Positions 18,291 through 27,666 of a stretch of DNA of 53,275 bases are shown here, one piece after another. The DNA lies in contig JBBQPO010000007.1 in the NCBI GenBank assembly GCA_038217285.1, positions 1 to 53,275 of the forward strand. The letters are read 5' to 3'. Every line of letters starts with the position of its first letter. Within the stretch, counting starts at the first letter, position 1. A program made the position numbers and the translations under genes. Origin of the DNA: Chthonomonadales bacterium (lineage in GTDB: Bacteria > Armatimonadota > Chthonomonadetes > Chthonomonadales > Chthonomonadaceae). A model generated the notes under the pieces. It made no database searches. It was not told the origin of the DNA and worked only from the letters and a program-made list of their open reading frames with translations.

Positions 18291-20432
18291 CTACTCCGCG
18301 CAGCGCGCAAACTGCACGAGATTGGTGTGGAAGGTCGAACCGCCGCCCATATCCGTCAGGCGATCCGAGGTCAACAGGTTTACGTTACCGCCGTCGGGGC
18401 TGTCGCGGTTCCACCAGAGCGAGGGCGACCAGGCCACACCCGCCTTCACGTTGTCGCTGACGACGGCCCGCAGCTTGACCTCCCCCCGCTTATTCCAGAC
18501 CCGCAGCCAGTCGCCGTCGGCGATCTCGCGCGAAGCGGCGTCCGCCGGATTGACCCAAATACGCGGCTCCTTCTCCCCTTTCTGCAGGGAGGGCAGGTTG
18601 GAAAAGGTGGAGTTGAGGAAGTGGTGCGCGGCGGGACTCAGCAGATTGATAGGGAAGCGCCGCCCCAACTCCGGATCGGCCTCCGCGCTCTCGGCCGCCG
18701 GCTCGTAGTTCGGCAGCGCGTCGAACCCGTCTCGTGCAGCCTTCTGCGAGCGGAACTCCACTTTGCCCGAGAGCGTCTTGAAGCCTCGTGAGTCGGAATC
18801 GGGTGTCGGCGCATAGGGCACGAACGGCTCACTCGGTGTGCGCAGCTTCGCATAGCCATGCTCCAGCAGCGTCTCGTAGGTGATCCCCTGCATCAGCGGA
18901 CTGTCGGACTGCAGCGCGCCCCGAATAATATCCTCGGCGGTCTCGTCGAATACGGAGTCGGTGTAGCCCATCGCCTTCGCCAGCGCGTTCAGCACCTCGA
19001 TATTGGGCCGGGATTCGCCGAGCGGTGGCACAGCGGGCTGACACAGATTCAGATAGAGCTGCCCGTAAGACTTCATCAGGTCGAGGTGCTCCATCTGCGT
19101 GGTGGCGGGGAGGACGATGTCGGCGAGGAGGGCGGTGTCGCTCATCATCTGTTCGTGCACCACGGTGAACAGATCTTCGCGCAGAAGGCCCTGTCGTACC
19201 AGATTCCCGTTGGGCGCGACGGCGGCGGGATTGGAGTTGAAGACGTAGAGGGCGCGGATCGGCGGGTCGGCAGCCTCCAGAAGCGCCTTCCCGATCTCGT
19301 TCATATTGATAGCGCGCGGCACACGCCGTCCCCATTGGACGAGGCTCTCGTCGTCCGGCGAATGCACGAGATCGGGGCGTTTGATATGGCGCTGGTTCAG
19401 CCCAAAATGGGCGCTGGTGGAGAGCAGCATCCCGCTCCCCGGCTTGCCCCAGGCTCCGATGACCGCCGGCAGGCAGGCGATGGCGCGGATCATACCGCCG
19501 CCGTTGCCGGTGCGGGAGAGGCCATAACCGAGGCGAATGGCGGAGGGGGTCTTGGTGGCGTAGGCGCGCGCCAGGCGAGCGATCTCGTCGGCTTCCAGGC
19601 CGGTGATCTCCGCCACGCGTTCGAGCGGATACTCGGCGCACCGCTCCCGGAACTCCTCCCAGCCGACCGTGCTCTGCTCCAGAAACGCCCGGTCGTGCAG
19701 GTTCTCGCTAAAGATCACATGGGCCATGCCGAGCGCGAGGGCGGCGTCGGTGCCGGGCTTCGGCTGAACGAACCAGTCGGCGGCGTTGGCGGTGCGGGTG
19801 CGGTAGGGATCGATCACCACGAAGGTCGCGCCCCGAGACTGCGCCTCTCGTACGATCGGCATCTGATGCACATTGGTGCTGCTGAGATTGATACCCCACG
19901 CGATGATGAAGCGGCTGTTGACGAAGTCCTCCGGGTCCATCCCGCCCGACGAACCGTTCACATAGCCGTATCCGACCTCTGCGGCTGCAGAGCAGATCGT
20001 TCGCAGGAGTTGGCTCGCGCCCATGCGGTTCCAGAGACGGGTATCGCAGGCGCTCATATTCACCACGCCCATGGTGCCCGCATAGGAGTAGGGAAGGATC
20101 GCCTCCGGCCCGCTGGTCGCGATGATCTCCTTCCAGCGCATCGCGATCTCCGCAATCGCCGCCTCCCACGAGATCGGCTCGAAGTGGCCTTCGCCCTTCT
20201 TCCCCACGCGTCGCAGCGGCGTCAGCAGACGATCCGGACTGTAGACGCGCTCCTCGTAGTGTGCCACTTTGCGGCAGAGGTTGCCCCGCGTAAACGGGTT
20301 GTCCGGGTTGCCACTCACCCGGATAAGCTTCCCATTCTCCACCGTTGCCAGCATGGAACAGGTGTCCGGGCAGTCGTGCGGGCAGGCCGTCTTCACCACA
20401 CGAATCGAAGGCGAAATTTCTGTGACAGACAT
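18291..20432 (-). CDS. Molybdopterin oxidoreductase family protein
   Basis: ACPHDCPDTC...LCRK Fe-S motif, ADIVLPATT, and a C-terminal molybdopterin-dinucleotide-binding domain. Confidence 0.92.
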   Translation of the reverse strand: MSVTEISPSIRVVKTACPHDCPDTCSMLATVENGKLIRVSGNPDNPFTRGNLCRKVAHYEERVYSPDRLLTPLRRVGKKGEGHFEPISWEAAIAEIAMRWKEIIATSGPEAILPYSYAGTMGVVNMSACDTRLWNRMGASQLLRTICSAAAEVGYGYVNGSSGGMDPEDFVNSRFIIAWGINLSSTNVHQMPIVREAQSRGATFVVIDPYRTRTANAADWFVQPKPGTDAALALGMAHVIFSENLHDRAFLEQSTVGWEEFRERCAEYPLERVAEITGLEADEIARLARAYATKTPSAIRLGYGLSRTGNGGGMIRAIACLPAVIGAWGKPGSGMLLSTSAHFGLNQRHIKRPDLVHSPDDESLVQWGRRVPRAINMNEIGKALLEAADPPIRALYVFNSNPAAVAPNGNLVRQGLLREDLFTVVHEQMMSDTALLADIVLPATTQMEHLDLMKSYGQLYLNLCQPAVPPLGESRPNIEVLNALAKAMGYTDSVFDETAEDIIRGALQSDSPLMQGITYETLLEHGYAKLRTPSEPFVPYAPTPDSDSRGFKTLSGKVEFRSQKAARDGFDALPNYEPAAESAEADPELGRRFPINLLSPAAHHFLNSTFSNLPSLQKGEKEPRIWVNPADAASREIADGDWLRVWNKRGEVKLRAVVSDNVKAGVAWSPSLWWNRDSPDGGNVNLLTSDRLTDMGGGSTFHTNLVQFARCAE

Positions 20433-20469
20433 GATTTACTCCTGTTCATCTTGCACATCATCTACAAAA

Positions 20470-20536
20470 ACGTACTTTCCGTTCGTGTACATAGAGACAT
20501 CAATTTGCTATGATCCTATTTACGTACTTTCAGTTC
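20470..20536 (+). promoter_or_regulatory. Controller-gene promoter flanked by two C-box-like repeats
   Basis: ACGTACTTTCCGTTC (20470-20484) and ACGTACTTTCAGTTC (20522-20536) flank TGTACA(20486)-17-TATGAT(20509), which has an extended TG. Confidence 0.6.
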
Positions 20537-20553
20537 AGGTTAGGACGAGCAAA

Positions 20554-21374
20554 ATGGATCATTTGGAAGCCCGACAACGCTTCGGCCGACGATTACAGGC
20601 CCGACGAGTTGAACGTGCGCTGACGCAAGAGCAGTTGGGCGAAGCGCTACAGAAAAGCACGGAACACATCAGCTATCTGGAGAGAGGGAACGTTCCCCCT
20701 CCTTTGAGATGCTGTTATCCCTCTCTCATGTACTCGATACGTCTGTTGCAGAGCTTCTCGATGAACAGACGACGTCTACCGATGCGCTCATAGAGGTAGT
20801 TCCTCCCGCTGCTCCACTCCCAGACCTGCCTCAGCGCACCCCGGCAGTTCAGGAACAGCGCCTTTCAGATCTCGAACGCCTCAATGCCTCTATGCAGGGA
20901 CTGCGTGATATGCAACGTCTTGCAGACGAGTATGGCATTAACGATATATTGCAGGACAACGGTGGGAAAGTACTTCAAGTGCTTATTTTGCTCGGCTTAA
21001 AAATATCACCAGGCCGAGAAGGTAATGATGCTGTCGATTCCGAAGGCAAGGAGTACGAGCTAAAAACGGTCAATTTGGCGCTGAATCCTCGGGCAGGTAT
21101 TACCACCCATCATCACCTCAACAAAGCCATTATTCAAAAGTACCGTAACGTTCAGGCCTGGTATATCGCCATCTATTCCGGCATCGAACTGAAAGAGATT
21201 TACCGCGTTCTGCCCTCCGACCTCGAACCTCTGTTTCAGCAGTGGGAACAAAAGATCGAGGCCACCGGCAAAGAGTTGAATAACCCTAAAATTCCTATGC
21301 GTCTCGTTCGAGCAGCGGAACGAATGTATCCGAAGTCGGCAAGTAATCTGCCGCAGACTCCAGCAACTCCGTAA
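20554..21374 (+). pseudogene. Controller (XRE HTH)-PvuII-family restriction endonuclease fusion, frameshifted at ~20686-20688
   Basis: Frame 1 gives MDHLEARQRFGRRLQARRVERALTQEQLGEALQKSTEHISYLERG. The -1 frame continues ERSPSFEMLLSLSHVLDTSVAELL (end of the HTH) into INDILQDNGGKVLQV...PGREGNDAVD...EYELK...THHHLN...NNPKIP, which matches R.PvuII. The REase part alone is an open frame from ATG 20709. Confidence 0.8.
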
Positions 21375-22347
21375 ATCGCCCCTGTTTTGCTTGCGGCAAA
21401 CACAAAGGTTCGGCGCTCGTCATCAACTCCTCGTAGAGCGCTCCCACTTGTTTCGCTCCGATCTCTCGGTCTATAAAACGAAATGAAGAGGCCAGAAGGT
21501 ACGACCTTTCCTGTTCAAACGCTACCCAATTTCGGCCTGCCTCTTCGGCAGCGGCACCGGTTGTATTGGAACCAGCGAAAATGTCCAGAACTTGATCTCC
21601 CGGCTCGGTCAAAAAGTTGATAAAGAAAGCGGGCAGTTTCTGCGGGAAGCGCGCGGGATGTGCGGGCAGGTCCGCAATCTTGCAGCGTTGCAGATAGAGC
21701 GAATTGCTCTCTGTGTTGGCGATCTGAAGCAGGTTCGAAGGAATCGCGCCTTCGTTTATCGTCGCGAAATTACCACCGATATCGTGGCCGGAGGGGCGCT
21801 TCTTTGGCGTATAAAAGGTTGATGGGTCGCTCTGCAGCTTCTTCATGCGCTCCGAATAGGGAACGAGGACGCGACGTACGTCCGCTTTAGGATAGTCGCT
21901 CTTGCTGAGCCACCATACTGTATCCACCGAGTCCTTGGCACGGATCTTTCGTTTATTGACCCACTCGATAGGCGACGGTAACTTGGCGGGATTATGCCAA
22001 AAGAACTCTTCGGCTAGCCGGAAGTTCAGATCGTCGCATAACTTTATCAGAATCCGGTAATTGTAAAGTGAACGCACCGGGCGGCCCTTTTCATAAGCGC
22101 CGCCGAGATCGAGGACAAAACTGCCGTCAGGGGTCAGTACACGGTACACTTTATGGCAAAAGGCCGCGAGCCACTCTACGTAAGCCGATTGATCGACATT
22201 CCCATAACTTTTCTCACGTTGCAAAGCAAACGGGGGCGATGTCAGAACCAACTGCACCGAGTCGCTCTCCATCTCGTCAAGTAGGTCCATAGAATCGCCA
22301 ATATAGGCTGCGCCATGCTGGGTCACATAAAGGGGTTTGGTTCGCAC
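21295..22347 (-). CDS. N4-cytosine DNA methyltransferase, M.PvuII-like (beta class)
   Basis: TSPPFALQREKSYGN, KLPSPIEWVNKRKIR, HPARFPQKLP and DIFAGSNTTG closely match M.PvuII. GTG start with AGGAGG RBS; overlaps the REase 3' end by 80 nt. Confidence 0.92.
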   Translation of the reverse strand: MRTKPLYVTQHGAAYIGDSMDLLDEMESDSVQLVLTSPPFALQREKSYGNVDQSAYVEWLAAFCHKVYRVLTPDGSFVLDLGGAYEKGRPVRSLYNYRILIKLCDDLNFRLAEEFFWHNPAKLPSPIEWVNKRKIRAKDSVDTVWWLSKSDYPKADVRRVLVPYSERMKKLQSDPSTFYTPKKRPSGHDIGGNFATINEGAIPSNLLQIANTESNSLYLQRCKIADLPAHPARFPQKLPAFFINFLTEPGDQVLDIFAGSNTTGAAAEEAGRNWVAFEQERSYLLASSFRFIDREIGAKQVGALYEELMTSAEPLCLPQAKQGRFTELLESAADYLPTSDTFVPLLERDA

Positions 22348-22476
22348 AAATTGCCTCCTGCACAGACTATCAGCTCGCATGACGGCAGAATAGGTAGCAA
22401 GCTCAACCTTCGCTGCCGAAAAGCGAGCTGATCTCTCTTTATTCCCTTTTCAGAGAAACTCCGACCGCGCCTTACT

Positions 22477-23526
22477 TCAGGTGGTGGCGATACGGTACGC
22501 CCAGCGGCACCCAATGAACAGGAAGAGCAGCGTAAATAGGACGTGGCCGGGATTATGGCTGGGATCTCCACCCAAGTAGATAAGGAGTTGACAGGGCAGA
22601 ATGGCCAGGACTGTGAGCACCACGGCCAGGATACCGGCGGCCTGGGTCGGTTGACGCGTTCCCATCTTGACGGCCCAACCGACCATAAATCCGACGCCGA
22701 GCGCCATATAGCCGATGGTCATATTGGTTGCCATGACAATCGCTATGTAGATGCCGCCACCAACGATGGCTGCGAGGAGGCCGAAGACCACGCCGAGGAT
22801 ATAGTTTCCGGGCGTCACAGCGGGCAGTGGGGCCGACAGCGGACGCTGCTGCTGCTGCGCGGCATAGGGATTATGACCCGGATAAGGCTGCGACTGCGTT
22901 CCATACGGAGCCTGCGGGTGAGGATAGCCGGGCTGCTGCGGAGGATACGGTTGCTGCGCCGCGCCGTAGGGATTGTACGCGGGTTGACCGGGCGCAGGCT
23001 GCTGCGGTTGCTGCCCGTACCCTGCCTGTTGCCCGTAGCCCGGTTGCGCCGGAGCGCCATAGGGCGGCGGCGGCGCGCCGTAGGGAGCCTGAGGGTTGTA
23101 AGCTCCGAGCGGCTGGGGCTGCTGCGGATGCTGTTGGGGATAGGCCGGGTTCTGCGGAGCGCCGTATGGCGGCTGAGGAGGATACTGCGAACCGGGCGGG
23201 GGAGCGTAGGCGTTTCCGGACTGACCGACGGCAGGAGCGCCATACTGTGGCGTGACGGGCGGCTGGCCTGGAGGGGCATAGTTAGCGCCGGGTGAGTTGT
23301 AGGGCTGATTCAGGGGCTGGGGCGCCAGCGGCTGCCGATGCGGGGCAGAAGCGGATTCGGAATTCAACTGCGTGGCGACACGGGAGCGGATCGCCGCGAG
23401 GCAGTTTTGACAGACAGGTTTGCCCGCGACAAGCTGCGTACATTCAGGGCAGAGCGTGCGTCCACATTCGGTGCAGAGTGCGGTCGCGGGGCGGTCGGTG
23501 TGCAGCATACAGACAGAGTTGGCCAA
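22477..23526 (-). CDS. B-box-type zinc finger + Pro/Gln/Tyr-rich linker + C-terminal TM domain protein
   Basis: TTG start with GGAGGAG RBS; CxxH...CxxC...CxxC...CxxC, a long low-complexity P/Q/Y/G tract, and about 4 TM helices. Confidence 0.75.
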   Translation of the reverse strand: MANSVCMLHTDRPATALCTECGRTLCPECTQLVAGKPVCQNCLAAIRSRVATQLNSESASAPHRQPLAPQPLNQPYNSPGANYAPPGQPPVTPQYGAPAVGQSGNAYAPPPGSQYPPQPPYGAPQNPAYPQQHPQQPQPLGAYNPQAPYGAPPPPYGAPAQPGYGQQAGYGQQPQQPAPGQPAYNPYGAAQQPYPPQQPGYPHPQAPYGTQSQPYPGHNPYAAQQQQRPLSAPLPAVTPGNYILGVVFGLLAAIVGGGIYIAIVMATNMTIGYMALGVGFMVGWAVKMGTRQPTQAAGILAVVLTVLAILPCQLLIYLGGDPSHNPGHVLFTLLFLFIGCRWAYRIATT

Positions 23527-23576
23527 GACGATTCTCCTCCACAAAAATAAGACCGAGGGCAATGTCACGTGGGAAG

Positions 23577-24671
23577 TTAGAAGTGTCGGGACATACGACG
23601 TAGATCCCATAGCCAGCCCTGCGTGGTCAGGCTGGCAAAACCCAGAAGAAGCACGAGGCCGAAATAGGCCAGGCTGTAGGTCCGTTGATCTTGCTTGCTG
23701 ACCTGAAGAGCTGGGTCGATCCCGAGACGCCACTGCGACGTGATCTGAGGCAGCGCAAACAACACCAGCAGCCAGGAGACCGGACACCGATAGTTGATCA
23801 CCGCCGTCGCGAGCAGGCCGCCCAGAAGTATCTTCGGCGGAATGATCGCGGCGACACGCCCGCCGTCGAGAAACGGGATCGCGCTGAGGTTGAACAGATT
23901 CATGTAGAAGCTGAAGTAGGAGAGCACCAGCCAGATCGGACTGCCGGTCATCCCATACACAGCGCCGCAGGCAAGGCCCGCCAACATCCCTGCCACCGGC
24001 CCCATGATCGCGATCTGCGCCGCCTGCGCGGCGCTGCCCACGGCATCACGCTGCACAAAGGCCCCTAACAGCGGAATGAACACCATGGCCCTGACCTGAT
24101 ATCCCAACTGCTTGATGGCGACGGCATGGCCCGCTTCGTGGGCAAAGATCAGGAGCACGACCCCCGCCCCCAGGTGCCAGCCGTAGAGCGCTGAATAGGC
24201 CAGAACCGACACCATCATGGAGCCAGCCGTGATAAAATATTTGCCGAACGTCAGGAACTTGAGGCCGATCAGCAGACCCTTGAGCGCGCCCCCGAACTTG
24301 GCGAGCGCGATCCCGATGGCTCCCAGACCGCCCAGAACGCCTTTGCGCTGCGTCGATTTGGCGGAGCTGGATTGCGGTGAACCGGGTGGCAGAGAGGGCG
24401 AGGGAGCCTGCTGGGGAGGATAGGGCGGAGGATACGACGCGGACGGATAGTGCGGAGGATACGACGGTGTGGCCGATGGGAAGGGGGGCGGTGGTAAGGC
24501 GTGATAAGACGACCCGGTCGGAAAGAGCGGTGGCGGTGGTTCAAACCCTCCGGAGGCAGGCGCAGGAGGGGCCCCATTCGCCGCATCGGACGACGGCGGG
24601 ATCTGGCCCTGGAGCGCGCGGTCGCGCTCCTCGATCAGTTGGCGGCGGATTTCGGCTTCGATCTCGCTCAT
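23577..24671 (-). CDS. Site-2 protease (M50) with Pro-rich N-terminus
   Basis: HEAGH, IAIMGP and NLFNLSAIPFLDGG motifs; multiple TM segments. Confidence 0.88.
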   Translation of the reverse strand: MSEIEAEIRRQLIEERDRALQGQIPPSSDAANGAPPAPASGGFEPPPPLFPTGSSYHALPPPPFPSATPSYPPHYPSASYPPPYPPQQAPSPSLPPGSPQSSSAKSTQRKGVLGGLGAIGIALAKFGGALKGLLIGLKFLTFGKYFITAGSMMVSVLAYSALYGWHLGAGVVLLIFAHEAGHAVAIKQLGYQVRAMVFIPLLGAFVQRDAVGSAAQAAQIAIMGPVAGMLAGLACGAVYGMTGSPIWLVLSYFSFYMNLFNLSAIPFLDGGRVAAIIPPKILLGGLLATAVINYRCPVSWLLVLFALPQITSQWRLGIDPALQVSKQDQRTYSLAYFGLVLLLGFASLTTQGWLWDLRRMSRHF

Positions 24672-24823
24672 AGTGTGTTTCTCGGCAGGAAGGTCGGAAA
24701 AAACAGCAGGCACACGGCGACAGCAAGAAAGGGAAATCGAGAGGCAGATAGACCGACTGCGCCGCTACTTGAAAACATAACGGCGCAGAAGGGAAAGGAG
24801 TTTCGAGAGGTCGGGCCGTCGGC

Positions 24824-25099
24824 CTACTTCTTGATGTGGTTACGCGACTTCTTGCACAGTTCCTTCGGCAGCGGTTTGACGCCGGTCAGGTAGTCCTGGA
24901 AGTTACGGCTGCTCATCACACTGGTCGTCACCTTGAGGCGAACCCGGCCCTCGGGCGTGTTCACCGTGACGATCTGCAGGTTCGGCAGAAAGGTATGGTT
25001 CTTTTTGGGAGCGCGAAGGTTCCACGCACCGCTATGCGGATGGCGGCGGCGGTGGCCTTTCATCGGGCCAACACCGGACACCTGACAGACTCGGGACAT
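24824..25099 (-). CDS. rpmB: 50S ribosomal protein L28
   Basis: MSRVCQVSG...FLPNLQ...VRLKVTT; basic; AAGGAG RBS. Confidence 0.8.
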   Translation of the reverse strand: MSRVCQVSGVGPMKGHRRRHPHSGAWNLRAPKKNHTFLPNLQIVTVNTPEGRVRLKVTTSVMSSRNFQDYLTGVKPLPKELCKKSRNHIKK

Positions 25100-25180
25100 A
25101 ATGCCGTCTCCTTGGGTTTTGATCGGGTAGAGGCCGCCGGAGACGAGCCTCTCACAACATCGGAAAATAGAGTAGTTACA

Positions 25181-25253
25181 TGGAGCTGAGCGGATTCGAA
25201 CCGCTGACCTCCTCGATGCGAACGAGGCGCTCTCCCAACTGAGCCACAGCCCC
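25181..25253 (-). tRNA. tRNA-Ala (anticodon CGC)
   Basis: GGGGCTGTGGCTCAGTTGGGAGAGCGCCTCGTTCGCATCGAGGAGGTCAGCGGTTCGAATCCGCTCAGCTCCA; G3-U70 identity pair; CCA not encoded. Confidence 0.95.
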
Positions 25254-25378
25254 CTAAAATCGGTCATTTTGATCTTAACATGTTGACCGACAACTTTTGC
25301 CACCGAAATCGACAATCCGTGCTCTCGCAAAGCCTTTGCTTCGACTCTCGATCACAGCAGGTGTGAATGGGACAGCAC

Positions 25379-25407
25379 AGTATACCCTGACGGGTTCCGG
25401 CTGTCAA
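25379..25407 (-). promoter_or_regulatory. Sigma70 promoter for tRNA-Ala/rpmB
   Basis: TTGACA-17-TATACT on the minus strand. Confidence 0.75.
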
Positions 25408-25661
25408 GACAGTGTCGCGTGTCGCCCACCCAGGCGGCTTGCGCCGTTCTTGTTGACCCTGACTTTCGGACTCAACTGGGAACGGTTTCGAGGCAGTACA
25501 CTGTTTGCGTGCAGTATAATTCAAGTATAGCCCTTCCAACCCCAGGGCGACCTCTTGGAGGGGCCGCTTTCGCTTTGAAGAGATCCTATTGAAGAAATGC
25601 TGGGGGTGCGATCCTCGGAAGAGAACCGCATCAGAGCCGACCGGTGCGGAAGGAATAGACA

Positions 25662-26660
25662 TTGACGGAGATGATACCGACACAAAGATCGGATTTTGGG
25701 CGGATATGGAAGGCAGTAGAAGGTTGGCTGCCTGCCGCCTACTCCCACTTCTACCGGGCAGGACTTACGGGCGAAGTGATTCGAGGCTCCGGCCAGGTTC
25801 TGATTGCCAGTGATCTGACCCACCTGCTGATCCCCGGTCTGGCCGCTCTCGGCGTCGAAGCACACCTGATGCCTTTGCCGCCGGAGGACGCGAATCTGGA
25901 GCGTTGTCTGACAGGAAGCGACGCGGCTGTTCTCCTGTTCGGTTTCGGCGCTTCCCTCGAATTTTTACCACCCGAGGAGATCGACGACGCGACGCCGTTG
26001 CCGCTGGATGCCGACCCGGCGATTACGGCGCAGGCTCTCTTTGTGGAATTTACCGCAAACGGTCTCAGCTGGCAGAACGCCGACGGCGCTGTGGAACGCG
26101 CAGAGGCGCCAACGTTGCGCGCCCGCTTCTCCCATGTTCTCTCGCTTGAAAAATCCGGAACGAAAGGCCTGCGCCGCCGCAACAGCCTGCAGGCCGCTTT
26201 GCATCGCTGGCTGGCCTGGCAGGCCGCCTATCCGGAACGCGCTCCACGCGAGGCCGACCTCACCGACCCTGCTTGTGGGCTTGCAGCCGGTTTCCTGGCG
26301 GAGGCCGTCGGTGCTCGCCATGATTTCGTCTCCAACCGTCTGCGTTATGCCGCTCAGTGTTTCGAATCGGCCCAGATCGAACGCGCCTTCGCCTGGCTGC
26401 AAGAGGCCGCTCTTGCTGAATGGCAGTTGCCTGCTGCCACCGCCGAGGCGCTGCTCTCCGCGCCCGATCTTCCCCTTGCCGACGTTCTGCGCCGTGAGTT
26501 GATCTACCTGGCCCGCGCCGGCACGCCCACGCTGAAAACGCTCGCCGCCCGCCGCCTCACGCCCGAATGCCATCACCCGGACGCCCAAAAAACCCTCCAC
26601 CAACTCTGCTTTGATCGCGCCCCCTGGGTTCGCGCCGCCGCCCGCCCCATCTCTGCTTAG
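25662..26660 (+). CDS. Hypothetical protein (helical, possible HEAT-like C-terminus)
   Basis: 332-aa ORF with protein-like composition; its stop overlaps the convergent gene; ends DRAPWVRAAA. Confidence 0.6.
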   Translation: MTEMIPTQRSDFGRIWKAVEGWLPAAYSHFYRAGLTGEVIRGSGQVLIASDLTHLLIPGLAALGVEAHLMPLPPEDANLERCLTGSDAAVLLFGFGASLEFLPPEEIDDATPLPLDADPAITAQALFVEFTANGLSWQNADGAVERAEAPTLRARFSHVLSLEKSGTKGLRRRNSLQAALHRWLAWQAAYPERAPREADLTDPACGLAAGFLAEAVGARHDFVSNRLRYAAQCFESAQIERAFAWLQEAALAEWQLPAATAEALLSAPDLPLADVLRRELIYLARAGTPTLKTLAARRLTPECHHPDAQKTLHQLCFDRAPWVRAAARPISA

Positions 26661-27643
26661 ACGCCTGTAGGCCGCGCGGTGAGAACGAAGGGGTCGGCAT
26701 AGATGTCTTGCATGGAGGCCCCGGCCAGAAAGGCGCGCTTCTTCGCGGACTTTACCATTTCGGGATGACCACAGAGGAAGACGCGCCAGCCCTTCAAGTC
26801 CGGTAGATCGGCCAGCGCAATCTGATCGGCGCGCCCCTGCCGATACTCGGTCGAGAACTCGGCATCCACGCAGGGAATATAGACGAAGTTCGGATGCGCC
26901 GCGCTGAGCCTGCGAAGCTCCTCGACCAGATAGAGACCCTCCGGCTTCCAACTGCCGTGATACAGACGAATCGGCCCGATATGCCCCTGTCGCAACGCGT
27001 CCAGAATAATGCCGTGGAGCGGCGCAAGGCCGGATCCTGTCCCAATCAGCAGCAGCCCCTGCTCGGCCGCGCCCGATGTGTAGAAGCAGTTGCCGAACGG
27101 CCCGACGACTTCGACGGTATCGTCTGTTCTCAGCGTCTCATGGATCCATCCGCTCATCTCCCCTTCTGGCAGGCGACGAATGTGGAACTCTATCACCCCG
27201 TCTTCGCGTGGGAGCGTCGGCAGCGAATAGCTGCGCAACAGGCCGTCGCCACGCACGATATGCGCGAACTGGCCCGCGCGATAGTCGAGCGGTCGGTGAC
27301 AACGCAAGGAGAGGCGCAGGATGTCGGCGTTGAGCGCCTCTTTCGCCACCACCGTCGCCGCCGTTCGCGGCGCGACGTCTTCTCCTGCCAGGGCGACCTC
27401 CATGTCCTCCTGCGGACGGCAGAGGCAGGCCAGAAAGTAGCCCCGCTCCCGCAGCGTCGGCTTCAGGCCGTTTTGCGCCGCAGCCGAAGGAGGCGCGCCG
27501 TGGAGAGCACGCATCAGGCAGGTCTGACAGGCTCCGCTGCGGCAGGAGGAAGGAACTGTTGCGCCCTGCCGTGTCAGGCAGTCCAGCACGGTCTCTCCTG
27601 GCGTACAGGCGTAATCTCGCGTTTGAAAGTGAAGGAGTGGCAT
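26657..27643 (-). CDS. 2Fe-2S ferredoxin / FAD-NAD(P) oxidoreductase
   Basis: SCRSGACQTC...LAC, RSYS, GTGSGLAP and LCGHPEMV motifs. Confidence 0.9.
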   Translation of the reverse strand: MPLLHFQTRDYACTPGETVLDCLTRQGATVPSSCRSGACQTCLMRALHGAPPSAAAQNGLKPTLRERGYFLACLCRPQEDMEVALAGEDVAPRTAATVVAKEALNADILRLSLRCHRPLDYRAGQFAHIVRGDGLLRSYSLPTLPREDGVIEFHIRRLPEGEMSGWIHETLRTDDTVEVVGPFGNCFYTSGAAEQGLLLIGTGSGLAPLHGIILDALRQGHIGPIRLYHGSWKPEGLYLVEELRRLSAAHPNFVYIPCVDAEFSTEYRQGRADQIALADLPDLKGWRVFLCGHPEMVKSAKKRAFLAGASMQDIYADPFVLTARPTGV

Positions 27644-27666
27644 GGGTGAGACCCGGCCTTTCGGAA

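Noticed and set aside
20269-20553. 5' extension of the 174-aa ORF 20269..20793
   Set aside because: It overlaps the divergent oxidoreductase and the promoter; the HTH starts at ATG 20554 behind an AGGA RBS.
22830-23340. Repetitive DNA as a possible CRISPR or tandem repeat
   Set aside because: It is explained by P/Q/Y/G low-complexity coding sequence; there is no constant repeat-spacer period.
25622-25633. AGAACCGCATCA, identical to 12 nt of the putative IS end
   Set aside because: It lacks the terminal GGT, no transposase is nearby, and a 12-nt match can arise by chance.
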